Origin: Planctomycetota bacterium
GTDB lineage: Bacteria; Planctomycetota; UBA1135; UBA2386
DNA length: 64,000 nucleotides
Direction of reading: 5' to 3'
NCBI GenBank assembly: GCA_029936315.1
Contig: JAPYTD010000004.1
Location: forward strand, 43,153 to 107,152
Below, piece after piece: positions 19,854-29,785 of this stretch. Made by a program: the position numbers and the translations under genes. Positions within the stretch are counted from its first letter, which is position 1. Every line of letters begins with the position of its first letter. The notes below the pieces were generated by a model. It made no database searches, was not told the DNA's origin, and worked only from the letters and a program-made list of their open reading frames with translations.

Positions 19854-20489
19854 TTATTCGCCCTCGAGTTCGAACAGCGTTACGCCTGCTCGACGACTGC
19901 AGAACACACCGCCGCCGCAGTTCTGAAAGTGTTTGCCCAATCGCTTCCGGTAGAAGGATCCCGATCGCAGGTGCACGTCACCGTCGGTGACCGTCTGGTC
20001 GCAGTTTTCTTGCCAATCCAATTCGGTCAAAGCTTCGAGATACATCGCGCCGGTGCTCCATCGTGCCAGGTTGCCGAGCGCCGTTGCTGCGGCGCGGTCG
20101 CCAAGATATTGCAGCACGCCCTGACAGATGACGAGATCGAATCGCGCGCGGCCAAGTTCTGCCTTGGGATCGAGGGTGACGATCGAACCTTGGTGCCAAC
20201 CGAACTGTTGGCACAGGTGCTCACTGTACTCGACGCCATAGTAGCGTGCCGTTGGCCACAGCTCCTTGCCGGCTGTCTGCCAGTGGCCAACGCCACAGCC
20301 GATATCGAGGATCGTGTGCACGTCGATCTGGAGGTATTGCAGATACGCGGCCACAAATGATGCCAGTCGGCGAATCTCCGTACTGTCGCTGACCCGCGTG
20401 TCTTTGTCGTTGTAGTAACGCCGGTAGTAGTCGGCACCGAACGACTTGCGTTCGGGTGATTGGCGCTTGGTAGCTTTCGACTTTGCCAT
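19854..20489 (-). CDS. Class I SAM-dependent methyltransferase
   Basis: ILDIGCGVG, FDLVICQGVLQY. Start MAKSK at 20489. Confidence 0.85.
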   Translation of the reverse strand: MAKSKATKRQSPERKSFGADYYRRYYNDKDTRVSDSTEIRRLASFVAAYLQYLQIDVHTILDIGCGVGHWQTAGKELWPTARYYGVEYSEHLCQQFGWHQGSIVTLDPKAELGRARFDLVICQGVLQYLGDRAAATALGNLARWSTGAMYLEALTELDWQENCDQTVTDGDVHLRSGSFYRKRLGKHFQNCGGGVFCSRRAGVTLFELEGE

Positions 20490-20640
20490 GGATTGCTTCC
20501 GGGCAATCGTCGCGTGACGCGGCCGATAGCGCCACGCGAAAGAATGGCGTCTGAATAGCCGATGTATGGCCAGTAGATGGTTTGCAGCCAGGGAGCGGGC
20601 CATTGTGGCAGTTCGCCAGGGGGGCAGAGGTCCCCTGACA

Positions 20641-20668
20641 TTGCTGAACCTAGTTGCATGGCTACAAT
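20641..20668 (+). promoter_or_regulatory. Possible infA promoter
   Basis: TTGCTG-N16-TACAAT; GGAGG RBS at 20678-20682. Confidence 0.4.
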
Positions 20669-20686
20669 TTCTCGTCCGGAGGCTAT

Positions 20687-20902
20687 GTGGCCAAAGAAGA
20701 TGCAATTGTGATGGAAGGCACGGTCGTGGAGACCCTTGCCAACACGAAGTTCAAGATCCAGATCGACGGCGGTCACTTCGTGCTCGCTCACATCTCCGGC
20801 AAGATGCGCAAGCACTGGATCCGCATCATCCCAGGCGATCGTGTCACGGTGGAACTGTCCCCGTACGATCTGTCGCGCGGCCGAATCACCTACCGCGGTT
20901 AG
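20687..20902 (+). CDS. infA: Translation initiation factor IF-1
   Basis: [45 protein letters not shown]; GTG start. Confidence 0.97.
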   Translation: MAKEDAIVMEGTVVETLANTKFKIQIDGGHFVLAHISGKMRKHWIRIIPGDRVTVELSPYDLSRGRITYRG

Positions 20903-20912
20903 CATTGCGAGC

Positions 20913-21407
20913 GTGACAACCGCTCATTCTATCCGTCAGGCGCGCCCTGGCGACGAGCCGCACATCGCGCGCTTCATTCGGGACCTTGCGCGCTACGAGC
21001 GTTTGGAACACCAACTCGACCTCAGTGAAGCTCGCCTGACCGTGCACCTGTTCGGCGACTCACCCGTGTGTTCGGCGTTGCTGGTGGAACACGATGGTCA
21101 GCCAGTGGGCTTCGCACTGTTCTTCACCAGCTACTCGACGTTCTGGTGCAAGCCCTGCCTGTTTTTGGAAGACCTCTACGTTGACCCTGAGTATCGCGGC
21201 CATGGCTATGGCCTGGCACTGTTGCGCGCGTTGGCAGCCGAAGCGATCGAGCGCGATTGCCCGCGCCTGGACTGGCACGTTCTCGATTGGAACCAGCTCG
21301 CGATCGACTTCTACGAGCGACAGGGTGCGACCGTGTTGGCGGACTGGCGTACGTGCCGATTCGAAGGCGATGCGTTGCGCAACATGGCTTCGCCACCTGC
21401 AACGTAA
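20913..21407 (+). CDS. GNAT N-acetyltransferase (SSAT-like)
   Basis: LFLEDLYV.PEYRG.GYG, VLDWNQLAIDFYE. Confidence 0.92.
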   Translation: MTTAHSIRQARPGDEPHIARFIRDLARYERLEHQLDLSEARLTVHLFGDSPVCSALLVEHDGQPVGFALFFTSYSTFWCKPCLFLEDLYVDPEYRGHGYGLALLRALAAEAIERDCPRLDWHVLDWNQLAIDFYERQGATVLADWRTCRFEGDALRNMASPPAT

Positions 21408-21816
21408 CGTTGTCCGTGCGGTACAAGCAGCCGGCTCGCGCGTGCATCAGGACTACCTGAGGGCATCGGCGACAGATCTGACGACTATCATGGATGCGTC
21501 GTCAACATCGGTCGCGAGAGTTGCATGGGCGCGAGCCGGGGTTGGTGAGCCAGCGGTGCCTATGGCGTCGCTAGCTCGGTTTTGGTGGGTAACCTGGATT
21601 CCATTCGACTCCTTGTGTTGTGCACTGAGATCGACCGGAGGTTGGGCAGGAAGAACCTGCTCGACCACTGTGTTCATACCTAGCGCGTCGCCCCCCTTTC
21701 GAAAACCCCCTAGGCACGGCTCGGCTGTGCTCGAGGGATCGTAAGTGCGATGCGATGGCGTGAAGAAGTTTGCAAGTTTGTTCGCGTGCTCCAGTTGGCA
21801 AGAGCGCTCTACGTAC

Positions 21817-23082
21817 CTAGTTGCCTGCGACTTTGTTGAGCCAGACACGCCACGGTTCGTCAAACTGCTCGATCGGTTTGCCCATGACGCGATCAAACGT
21901 TGTGCTGCTGTCGCCTTGTCGATCCGCCAGCACCGTGCGGATGTAGTTCAAGAACGCCGGGCGCGTCTTATCCTTCTTCTTGGTGTCGTCGAGTAGCCAC
22001 GTCGTGAACATCGACGCAGCGCTCCAATTGACTCCGGTCGCCGTGTCGTCGGTCAGGTAGAAGCTGCCATACATCGGCAGATGGATGAGGTGCGTCAACC
22101 GATACCCGCGGCCCAGAGCTCCGATCGCAAGCATGTCCATCTTTCTTGGTTTGCCGGGTAATGCGAAACCCGAAGGCCCTTGCATGATCTGCTGCATGTG
22201 CATGCCGAGACCGACTTCCACCCAGGCGCAGACGCGGTCGCGACTGTTCTGCTGGTTGACCTGTCCAATCATTGTGCGATACAGCAGCCCCTGCGTGCCG
22301 AGGAAGAACAAGTCGTTCGGGCGCTCCGGTGTGGGGCCGGAATAGAACGTGCGGCCGAGGTCCGCGTGCGGTGGGGGTTCGAAGTATGGCCTTGGTCGGA
22401 AGCCCCACTTCGGAAACTCAGTGGGGTTGCGATAGGTCTGGATCTCGATCGGCTTGAGGACTTCGGCCAATTCAAGGTCCTTGCCGAACTGCTCGAACCA
22501 TGTCACAGCTAGTTGCTCAAGATCAAACAGCGCGCGCACGTTGAGCAGCAGGCTCGTGTCGCAGCGCAGCGCGAAGCGTTCCCCGGCTACTCGGAACGGG
22601 CGATTGAGCATCGTTTTCTGCAGCTTGGCCAGCGTTTGCATCTTGTTGCCATTGGGCCACAGCCACGCCTTGCCACGCTTGCGATGGCCGAGGAAGCGAT
22701 GCATGTTCTCGTCGGTAGCGTCTTGCAGCACGAGTTCCATCGCTTGCAGTCGCGCCATGTTCTCCAGGCCCTGGCTGTGAGCCCAGTCGACGAGGTAGCC
22801 CAGAGCACGCTTTGAGTTCTGGTGTTGGTGGCGACGCTTGAAGAACTTGACCATCTTGTCGGCGACGAGTTCCTTCTTGGCGATTTGCGCCACGTCGACG
22901 CGGATCCGTTTGCCGCCCTGTAGGATGGTCCATTGATCGGCGGTGTACTGCGAGCGCACGCGACCCTCGACGACGCGGCCGTTGGACAGAGTAATCCGGT
23001 CACGGAGGTCGTTTTGCGCGGGCAGCATCGCCAGCAGACCGAGGGAACAAGCAGTTCCGAGCAAGAACGGGTTCTTGGCCAT
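21817..23082 (-). CDS. Secreted hypothetical protein
   Basis: 421-aa ORF with signal peptide and genome-typical codon usage; no family recognised. Confidence 0.75.
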   Translation of the reverse strand: MAKNPFLLGTACSLGLLAMLPAQNDLRDRITLSNGRVVEGRVRSQYTADQWTILQGGKRIRVDVAQIAKKELVADKMVKFFKRRHQHQNSKRALGYLVDWAHSQGLENMARLQAMELVLQDATDENMHRFLGHRKRGKAWLWPNGNKMQTLAKLQKTMLNRPFRVAGERFALRCDTSLLLNVRALFDLEQLAVTWFEQFGKDLELAEVLKPIEIQTYRNPTEFPKWGFRPRPYFEPPPHADLGRTFYSGPTPERPNDLFFLGTQGLLYRTMIGQVNQQNSRDRVCAWVEVGLGMHMQQIMQGPSGFALPGKPRKMDMLAIGALGRGYRLTHLIHLPMYGSFYLTDDTATGVNWSAASMFTTWLLDDTKKKDKTRPAFLNYIRTVLADRQGDSSTTFDRVMGKPIEQFDEPWRVWLNKVAGN

Positions 23083-23119
23083 GTAATGATCGTAGCCTGC
23101 GAAGGTTGATGGTAACGGT

Positions 23120-23824
23120 ATGAGTCACCCCTCCCGAAGCTTGCTGTACATGAGATGGGAAGATCTCCTGTTCCTGCATTGGCCCATCGATCCCGATGTG
23201 TTGCGCCCACACATCCCGCCGCAACTCGAAGTCGACACGTTTGACGGCCAGGCCTGGATTGGCGTCGTACCATTCTTGATGGCGTCGACCCGGTTCCGTT
23301 TCTTGCCTGCGATTCCAACCGCTACCCGCTTTCTTGAATGCAATCTGCGCACCTACGTGCGCGATGCAAGCGGCCGCGCGGGAGTCTGGTTCTTCAGCCT
23401 GGATGCCGAAAGCCGTCTCGCAGTAGCCGGCGCCCGACTCGGCTACGGCTTGCCCTACTTCAAGGCCAAGATGCACTGCGAACACCTTGGCAACCGCGTG
23501 CACTACACGACGCAAAGATCCGACCAACGTGCGCCGCCAGCAACGTTCGAAGCCACCTGGCATTCCGTCGGCCCCGCCAAACCCGCTGCCCCCGCAACGC
23601 TCGAGCACTTCCTTGCTGAGCGCTACTGCCTCTACACCCAGTGCCGCGGGCAACTCCTACGCGGCGACATCGAACACGCCCCCTGGCAACTAGCCCCCGC
23701 CAAAGTCGACATCCACCAACTCGACATGACCCAACTCCTAGCCCACTCCCTATCGACCCCCCCAACCTCCGCCCTAACTGCCCACCCCCTAACCGTCACC
23801 GCCAAGGAGTTTGTAGGGTGCTAG
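23120..23824 (+). CDS. YqjF/DUF2071 family protein
   Basis: WEDLLFLHWP, ECNLRTYV, GVWFFSLDA, FLAERY.LY, H.PWQL. Confidence 0.9.
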   Translation: MSHPSRSLLYMRWEDLLFLHWPIDPDVLRPHIPPQLEVDTFDGQAWIGVVPFLMASTRFRFLPAIPTATRFLECNLRTYVRDASGRAGVWFFSLDAESRLAVAGARLGYGLPYFKAKMHCEHLGNRVHYTTQRSDQRAPPATFEATWHSVGPAKPAAPATLEHFLAERYCLYTQCRGQLLRGDIEHAPWQLAPAKVDIHQLDMTQLLAHSLSTPPTSALTAHPLTVTAKEFVGC

Positions 23825-23852
23825 TACGGTGCCAGGATTAGAAATCCTCTTC
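23814..23852 (+). repeat. Dispersed repeat, copy B (supplies the yqjF stop codon)
   Basis: TAGGGTGCTAGTACGGTGCCAGGATTAGAAATCCTCTTC. Confidence 0.7.
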
Positions 23853-23911
23853 ACGACTCGGCTGACTACTACGGTTTGGGCCGGTCAAACACATCATCGC
23901 TCATTGGGATC

Positions 23912-25555
23912 CTACCGCGGTGCGAGCAAGCGTCGGTAGTTCCTGTCGCCAACCCAGAACCCGAGTGTCGCAACGAGCAGCCCATACAGAACGGCTGCGC
24001 CCAGAACCCAAGGCAGCCACTCCTCGACCTGGTACGAGGTGATGCGATTGCGCCGCACGTAGGTCGTCAATTGCAGCCACAGATAGAACGCGGGCATCAG
24101 CGCGAGCTGAAACATCGTCACCATGATCATCGCGGCGATGAAGCTTTTGCCACCTTGCAGGATCTGGCCTTCGGCATCGGGTTGCATCAATCGCGGCCAC
24201 GTGCCAACGATCGCGACGATGCCTAGAGCAACCAGAGTTCCCGCCAACGCGATGCCCAAGAACCAAAGCATCGAAGGCAGGTCGACATCGAGCGTTAGCG
24301 TGCCAGCAACGGCGACCAAGAGCAGTGGCCACATCAAGAACGTTGCGATCGCCTGCAGTTTGCCCCGCAGAATCCACCCGGGCTTCGCCGGCGATGCCAT
24401 GTACAACGGCCACTGCGTGCCGTCCCACAAGGCGAGTCGGCCCATGTGCGCGTAGAGCACGAGCAGGACGGCGAGAAACCACCACGTCAGAAGCGCTGCG
24501 ATGTCGCGCGCTTCATGCGCGATGCGGTTGTGGCTGAGGATGTTGCCAACCAGCACGCGCTCCTTGGCCAATACGAATACCAACACCGCAAACAGCAAGA
24601 ACCCAATCAGTGCGCTGGGTTGCTGTAGGACCTGGGCGAACTCCTTTTTGCGCACGTTGCTGGCGAGCGACGTCGGCCAACGGTGGTTGCTGCGGCGCCA
24701 CATCGGGCGATCGGATTCCATGTAGCGCTCGTGCGCGCGTGCGTGCACAGAGGCGCCAAACCCGAACAACAACAGCGCGCCAGCGATCCACGATAGCACC
24801 GGCAAGAAGTGCTCCACGGCCAATGTTCGGTTGCAGGCGTGGGCGAGCATCGTTGCGGCAGCGTTGACCGTCATCGGCATGCGTTCGGCGAGGTCCGTAG
24901 TGGCCACAACTTCTTCGATGCGGTCGTTCCCCGTTGTGAACAAATTCAGTAGCAGCCAGATCGTGAATGCGACCGATGCGAGCGCGGCGACGATCGACAA
25001 GATCAGCCGCAGCCAGCGGCCGGCGAGGAAGCGCACCATCAGAATCTGCACCGCTAGCAGTGTTGCTAACAGCGGCACGGTGCACGTGATGATCGCGACT
25101 GGGATTAGCGCATACGCTGACCAAGGAGCTGGGCTGCGCTGCATGACAGCAACGACAAATGGCGCAGCGAGAGCCGACGACCAGATCGTCGACAAGAACA
25201 CCGCGCGCACGAATATCTGCAAGGGTCCGGCAAAGCTCGCGATTGGAGCTTGCCGCCACAGCATCAGTTCGGGCGTTTCGAACAACTGCTTTTGCGCCGT
25301 CGCAAGTCCGAGCCACGTCGCCACCATTGGGCACGTCATCAAGCCGTAGCCGAGCAATCGTGGCAGGGTCGCTTCGCCGTTGAGTTCGCCGACGAGGCGT
25401 AGCAGTCGTTGGTCGCTGACGATCGCGTTTGCGAGCCACCACGACATCAGCGACAACATGCCGAGTCCGATCATCATGCCGATCGTGATGCGGCGGCCCT
25501 GAGCGGTCGTCGGCAGGTTTCTTAACGTGCGTAGATCGGCGAGGAACAGACTCAT
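23912..25555 (-). CDS. Putative ABC exporter permease
   Basis: Multi-TM with two homologous-looking halves; ATGA overlap with the ABC ATPase. Confidence 0.75.
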   Translation of the reverse strand: MSLFLADLRTLRNLPTTAQGRRITIGMMIGLGMLSLMSWWLANAIVSDQRLLRLVGELNGEATLPRLLGYGLMTCPMVATWLGLATAQKQLFETPELMLWRQAPIASFAGPLQIFVRAVFLSTIWSSALAAPFVVAVMQRSPAPWSAYALIPVAIITCTVPLLATLLAVQILMVRFLAGRWLRLILSIVAALASVAFTIWLLLNLFTTGNDRIEEVVATTDLAERMPMTVNAAATMLAHACNRTLAVEHFLPVLSWIAGALLLFGFGASVHARAHERYMESDRPMWRRSNHRWPTSLASNVRKKEFAQVLQQPSALIGFLLFAVLVFVLAKERVLVGNILSHNRIAHEARDIAALLTWWFLAVLLVLYAHMGRLALWDGTQWPLYMASPAKPGWILRGKLQAIATFLMWPLLLVAVAGTLTLDVDLPSMLWFLGIALAGTLVALGIVAIVGTWPRLMQPDAEGQILQGGKSFIAAMIMVTMFQLALMPAFYLWLQLTTYVRRNRITSYQVEEWLPWVLGAAVLYGLLVATLGFWVGDRNYRRLLAPR

Positions 25556-26364
25556 GCCGAAGCGCCATCTCCATCGGTCGTGTCGTTGCTGGCGGGATCT
25601 TCCGTCAGCGTCAGGAACACGTCCTCAAGCGACTGGTTGCCGTTTTGGGCACGAAGCTCGGCAACCGTTCCCTCGGCGCGCAGCCGGCCCTTTGCGAGGA
25701 TGCCGACGCGGTCGCATATCTGCTCAGTGATGTCGAGCACGTGCGTGCTGAACAAAACCGTCGTGCCTGATTCGACCTCGGCGCGCAGCAGATCCTTGAG
25801 TCGCTTGGTGCTGCCTGGATCGAGCCCGGTCGTTGGCTCGTCGAGCAACAACACCTCTGGCCCCGTCGCGAGAACGGCCGCCAGGTGCGCCTTCTTGCGC
25901 ATGCCGTGCGAGTAGCTCTTGCACAAGTCGTCCGCCGTGTCGCTCATGTGTAGGAGGTCAAGCAGGCGGTCCGAGCGTTCGTCGCGCACCTTGCGTTCGA
26001 CCTTCCACATGCTGGCGACCAGCGCGATGTACTGCCGCCCGGTCAGATAGTCGTATAGCGGCGGCGTATCCGGAACGAAGCCGAGGCGCATCTTCAGTGC
26101 GCGTGAGTCCGCGGCATGAGTGAGTCCGGCGATGCGCGCTTCGCCGCTGCTGGGTCGCAGCAAGCCGGCAAGCAATCGCAACGTTGTGGTCTTGCCGGCG
26201 CCGTTTTGTCCGAGGAATCCATACAGTTCACCTATATGCACGCGTAGGTCGAGGTCTTGCACCGCCCACTTGCCGCCAAACTCTCGCCCGAGTCCGGCAG
26301 TCTCGATGCTGTAGCCACGCGTTGTCGTCGCTGCCGAGCCAAGGTGTTGTGGGATGTCCGTCAT
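25552..26364 (-). CDS. ABC transporter ATP-binding protein
   Basis: GQNGAGKTT, YSHGMRKK, LLDEP, STH; start MTDIP overlaps the xth stop. Confidence 0.93.
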   Translation of the reverse strand: MTDIPQHLGSAATTTRGYSIETAGLGREFGGKWAVQDLDLRVHIGELYGFLGQNGAGKTTTLRLLAGLLRPSSGEARIAGLTHAADSRALKMRLGFVPDTPPLYDYLTGRQYIALVASMWKVERKVRDERSDRLLDLLHMSDTADDLCKSYSHGMRKKAHLAAVLATGPEVLLLDEPTTGLDPGSTKRLKDLLRAEVESGTTVLFSTHVLDITEQICDRVGILAKGRLRAEGTVAELRAQNGNQSLEDVFLTLTEDPASNDTTDGDGASA

Positions 26365-27140
26365 ACGTCGCCATCCGCGTAGATCGCCGTGACCGGAACA
26401 TGGTCGCTGGGGCTCTTCTTGCTGCGTTCGTTCTTGTGCACGATCACATCGGTGCATCGCACAGCTGCACTCTTCGACGACAACACATAGTCGATGCGCA
26501 ACCCGTCATCCTTGACTGCCGAGCCGCCGGTGTAGTGCCACCACGTGTAGATGCCGGCTTCGTCGTGATGCGTTCGGAAGCTGTCCTCAAGTCCGAATGC
26601 CATTACGTTGCGCATCGCGTCGCGTTCTTTGTCGGAGCAGAGGATGCGGCCGCGCCACCAATCGGGGTCGTGTACATCACGGTCATCGCGAGTGATGTTG
26701 AAGTCACCGACCACGGCGATGTCCTTGTCTGCGGCAAATTGCGTGTCGAGGTAGGTGCGCAGTCGGCGCAGCCAGTCGAGTTTGAAGTCGTACTTTTCTG
26801 CGCCGACTTCTTGCCCGTTGACGACGTAGAGGTTGAGAATGCGAAAGCCGTTGACGGTCGCGGCGATGACGCGCTTGTCCGCGTCCGGCGGGTCGTCGGG
26901 CATGCCCATCACGACGTCTTCGATCTCGTGCGCCGCCAGGATTGCGACCCCATTGTATCCCTTCTGCCCCGAGAACGTCACGTCGTAGCCGGCGTCCTCA
27001 AGCAGCTCCAGCGGGAACAGGTCGTCGACGACCTTGGTCTCCTGCAGGCACAGCACATCGGGTTCGTGCTCACGCAAGAAGTCGATGATGTGCGTAAGTC
27101 GGGCACGGATGCCATTGACGTTCCAGGTAGTGATTTTCAT
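26361..27140 (-). CDS. xth: Exodeoxyribonuclease III / AP endonuclease
   Basis: TWNVNGIRAR, CLQETK, GYNGVA, GDFN, GLRIDY, SDHVP. Confidence 0.95.
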   Translation of the reverse strand: MKITTWNVNGIRARLTHIIDFLREHEPDVLCLQETKVVDDLFPLELLEDAGYDVTFSGQKGYNGVAILAAHEIEDVVMGMPDDPPDADKRVIAATVNGFRILNLYVVNGQEVGAEKYDFKLDWLRRLRTYLDTQFAADKDIAVVGDFNITRDDRDVHDPDWWRGRILCSDKERDAMRNVMAFGLEDSFRTHHDEAGIYTWWHYTGGSAVKDDGLRIDYVLSSKSAAVRCTDVIVHKNERSKKSPSDHVPVTAIYADGDV

Positions 27141-27276
27141 ACGGACCGGTTGCATTCAAGCGCTGCGGCGCCGCAGCGAAAGAGTTGCCCCAATGAAACT
27201 GTGCTGCACGCAGGGTGGAATGTTCGGGTTTTGGCCCGTGCTTGCCGAGGCTCGCCGGGAGCTGTCTGATTGTGGC

Positions 27277-28518
27277 ATGCGTTCGATTGCATTGCTGCTT
27301 TCCCTCTCCTGGTTAGGTTCCTGCGCCGTTGGGCCGCGAATCCTCGCGACCAACAACGACACAGTGCACTCGGTGTCCGCGGTTGCGGACGCGGTCATCG
27401 ATGCCGATGTCGTGGTACTCGGCGAACTGCACCGCACTCCTGACGTGCACCGCACGCATCACGAGTTGATCGCGGCAATGTATGCGCGGCGGTCCAACAT
27501 GGTGATTGCCATGGAGATGTTTGAGCGCGATGTGCAGAACGTTCTGCTGCAGTACCTCAGCGGCGTGATCGATGAAGGAACCTTCCGCGCGGCGGCGCGC
27601 CCCTGGCCTGACTACGCGCGGGACTATCGGCCGGTTATCGAGTTCGCGAAGAAGAACCAGATCATTGTGCTCGCGGCCAACGCGCCGCGGCCGTTGGCCA
27701 GCAAGGCCGCCAAAGAAGGTCTTTCGTCGGTGATGGGCGATGCCAACCTCGCGCGCGAAACGACCTCTCCGCAAGACGAATACTGGGATGCGTTCTGCGA
27801 GATGATGGATGGTCACGCGGGCATGCTTGGCCCGGGTGGCGTGGAACGCTACTACGCGTCGCAATGCCTCAAGGACGACACGATGGCCGAAGCCATCACG
27901 GATTACCTGAGCAGGCGTCGCAAGCAGGGCGATCGACCGCTGGCCGTTCTGATTTGTGGGCGAGCCCACAGTGATTATGGCCGCGGCACAGTGGCTCGCA
28001 TCAAGAGCCGCTCGCCGGACCTCAACGTGCGCATCCTGTCGGCTGAGACGGTCGACGACCTGAGCACGGGCCTCTACGAATCACCCCGCGACGTCGCCGA
28101 CTACGTGATCGTAACGCGCGCACCAGTTCCCAAAGCGAAGGCGATGCCGAAGGCCACGACCAAGGATTCGGTGGTCGCCCAACACGAGGCAGGCTCCAAC
28201 TCGAACTTGCCGACGGAAAACCCGGAGGGTATGCGCCCGGCTTTGGGCTTCATGCCCAACTACGGCGGTGCCGAGGTGGAAGGGGTCGGCGTTGGTCCCG
28301 TCACTGAGGGTAGTCCCGCCGAGAGCGCCGGGATCAAGGAGGGTGACGTCATCGTTGCGCTTAGGGGCATCCCGACGCCGGACATCGAGATATACACGGA
28401 GATTCTGGACGAGCAGATTATCGGCCACACCATCACGGTGCGCGTGCACAAGGCCGATGCCGAGGGGGATGCCGAGGTCGACCTGCAGGTCAAGGTCGGC
28501 AGCCGGGCAGGCCGTTAG
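27277..28518 (+). CDS. ChaN-family lipoprotein with C-terminal PDZ domain
   Basis: Lipobox LGSC, VLGELH, MEMFERD.Q, ANAPR, D.TMAE.I, G..H; PDZ LGFMP...SPAE.AGIKEGDVI. Confidence 0.8.
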   Translation: MRSIALLLSLSWLGSCAVGPRILATNNDTVHSVSAVADAVIDADVVVLGELHRTPDVHRTHHELIAAMYARRSNMVIAMEMFERDVQNVLLQYLSGVIDEGTFRAAARPWPDYARDYRPVIEFAKKNQIIVLAANAPRPLASKAAKEGLSSVMGDANLARETTSPQDEYWDAFCEMMDGHAGMLGPGGVERYYASQCLKDDTMAEAITDYLSRRRKQGDRPLAVLICGRAHSDYGRGTVARIKSRSPDLNVRILSAETVDDLSTGLYESPRDVADYVIVTRAPVPKAKAMPKATTKDSVVAQHEAGSNSNLPTENPEGMRPALGFMPNYGGAEVEGVGVGPVTEGSPAESAGIKEGDVIVALRGIPTPDIEIYTEILDEQIIGHTITVRVHKADAEGDAEVDLQVKVGSRAGR

Positions 28519-28667
28519 GCCAGGGGCCATGCCAGTCTTCTCGAATCGTTGTTTTCTTGCTGGCTTGGCCTAGCCGGGCAGTGCACCTCTGGCGAAATCC
28601 AGCCGCTTCGCTATCTTGTTTGCCCTCCAAACTGGGGCATGAGCCCCAGACAGTGAGATTCTGAACT

Positions 28668-29735
28668 GTGAGCGATACCCTGCAAATCAGCGAAATCCCG
28701 GTCGAAGGCTACGAGCGAGTCGTTCGTGGCGTCGATCCCGAAACAGGCCTGCACGCGTTTGTCGCTGTGCACGACACGACACTTGGGCCAGCCCTGGGTG
28801 GCTTGCGTATGTGGAACTACGCGTCCGAAGAGGACGCGTTGTTCGATGTGCGGCGGCTGGCTAAGGGCATGAGCTACAAGTCAGCCGTGGCCCATACGGG
28901 TCTCGGCGGCGGCAAGGCTGTCATCATCGGTGACGCCAAGTTGATCAAGTCGGATGAGCTTTACCTCGGCGTTGGGCGCCTCGTGGATTCGCTCGGAGGT
29001 CTCTACACGACGGCCGAAGACGTCAACACGACCATCGCCGACCTTGAGATTGTTCGTCGCGCAACCAAGTATGTCAGCGGTCTGTCGCGTGAGAGTGGCG
29101 GCAGTGGCAACCCGTCGTCGTACACTGCATACGGTGTCTACCTCGGCGTTCGCGCCGCGTTGGGATGGGCCTTCGACAACGATGACCCAAAGGGCCGCAC
29201 GATTGCGATCCAAGGTGTCGGCGCCGTTGGTGGTGCGCTTGCCGAGCGTCTCTCCGAAGCTGGCGCGATCGTCTACGCAGCTGACCGCAATCAGGCGCGT
29301 CTCGATGATCTGACCGAGAAGTTCGGCGTCAAGCAGATCGCGGCGGACGAGATATTGAAGATGGAATGCGACCTGCTCGCGCCATGCGCTCTCGGTGGCA
29401 TTCTCAACGACGAGACGATCCCGCAACTGTGCACGAAGGTCGTCGCTGGCGCCGCCAACAACCTCCTGCTCAAGCCGGAGCACGGCAAGTCACTCAACGA
29501 TCGCGGCATCCTCTACGCGCCCGACTACGTCATCAACGCTGGTGGCATCGTCAACGTCTCTGTCGAGTTCCACGAAGGCGGCTACAATGAAGTAGTCGCT
29601 CTCCGCAAGATCGAGCGCATCCCGCAAGCGCTGAAGGAACTCTGGACCATCGCCAAGGAAGAGAACATCCCGCCGAGCGACGCCGCCGACAGTCTCGCCC
29701 AGCGCATCATCGCCGAAGGCCACGCCACGGCGTAG
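28668..29735 (+). CDS. Glu/Leu/Phe/Val dehydrogenase (leucine dehydrogenase-like)
   Basis: LGPALGG.R, GGGKAVI, AEDVNT, QG.GAVG, GAANN, PDYVINAGG. Confidence 0.93.
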   Translation: MSDTLQISEIPVEGYERVVRGVDPETGLHAFVAVHDTTLGPALGGLRMWNYASEEDALFDVRRLAKGMSYKSAVAHTGLGGGKAVIIGDAKLIKSDELYLGVGRLVDSLGGLYTTAEDVNTTIADLEIVRRATKYVSGLSRESGGSGNPSSYTAYGVYLGVRAALGWAFDNDDPKGRTIAIQGVGAVGGALAERLSEAGAIVYAADRNQARLDDLTEKFGVKQIAADEILKMECDLLAPCALGGILNDETIPQLCTKVVAGAANNLLLKPEHGKSLNDRGILYAPDYVINAGGIVNVSVEFHEGGYNEVVALRKIERIPQALKELWTIAKEENIPPSDAADSLAQRIIAEGHATA

Positions 29736-29742
29736 CCCCCGC

Positions 29743-29785
29743 GAGAGTGCCATAACGGTGCCGGGACTAGGATCATCCTCTTCGG
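29743..29785 (+). repeat. Dispersed repeat, copy C
   Basis: GAGAGTGCCATAACGGTGCCGGGACTAGGATCATCCTCTTCGG, between convergent genes. Confidence 0.8.

Noticed and set aside
20027-20905. 292-aa minus-strand ORF over infA
   Set aside because: Antisense shadow of infA joined to an off-frame of the methyltransferase; no independent motifs.
21408-21816. ncRNA or small gene (MNTVVEQVLP... on the minus strand) in the GNAT/hypothetical gap
   Set aside because: Atypical codon usage and no recognisable RNA motif; cannot be supported.
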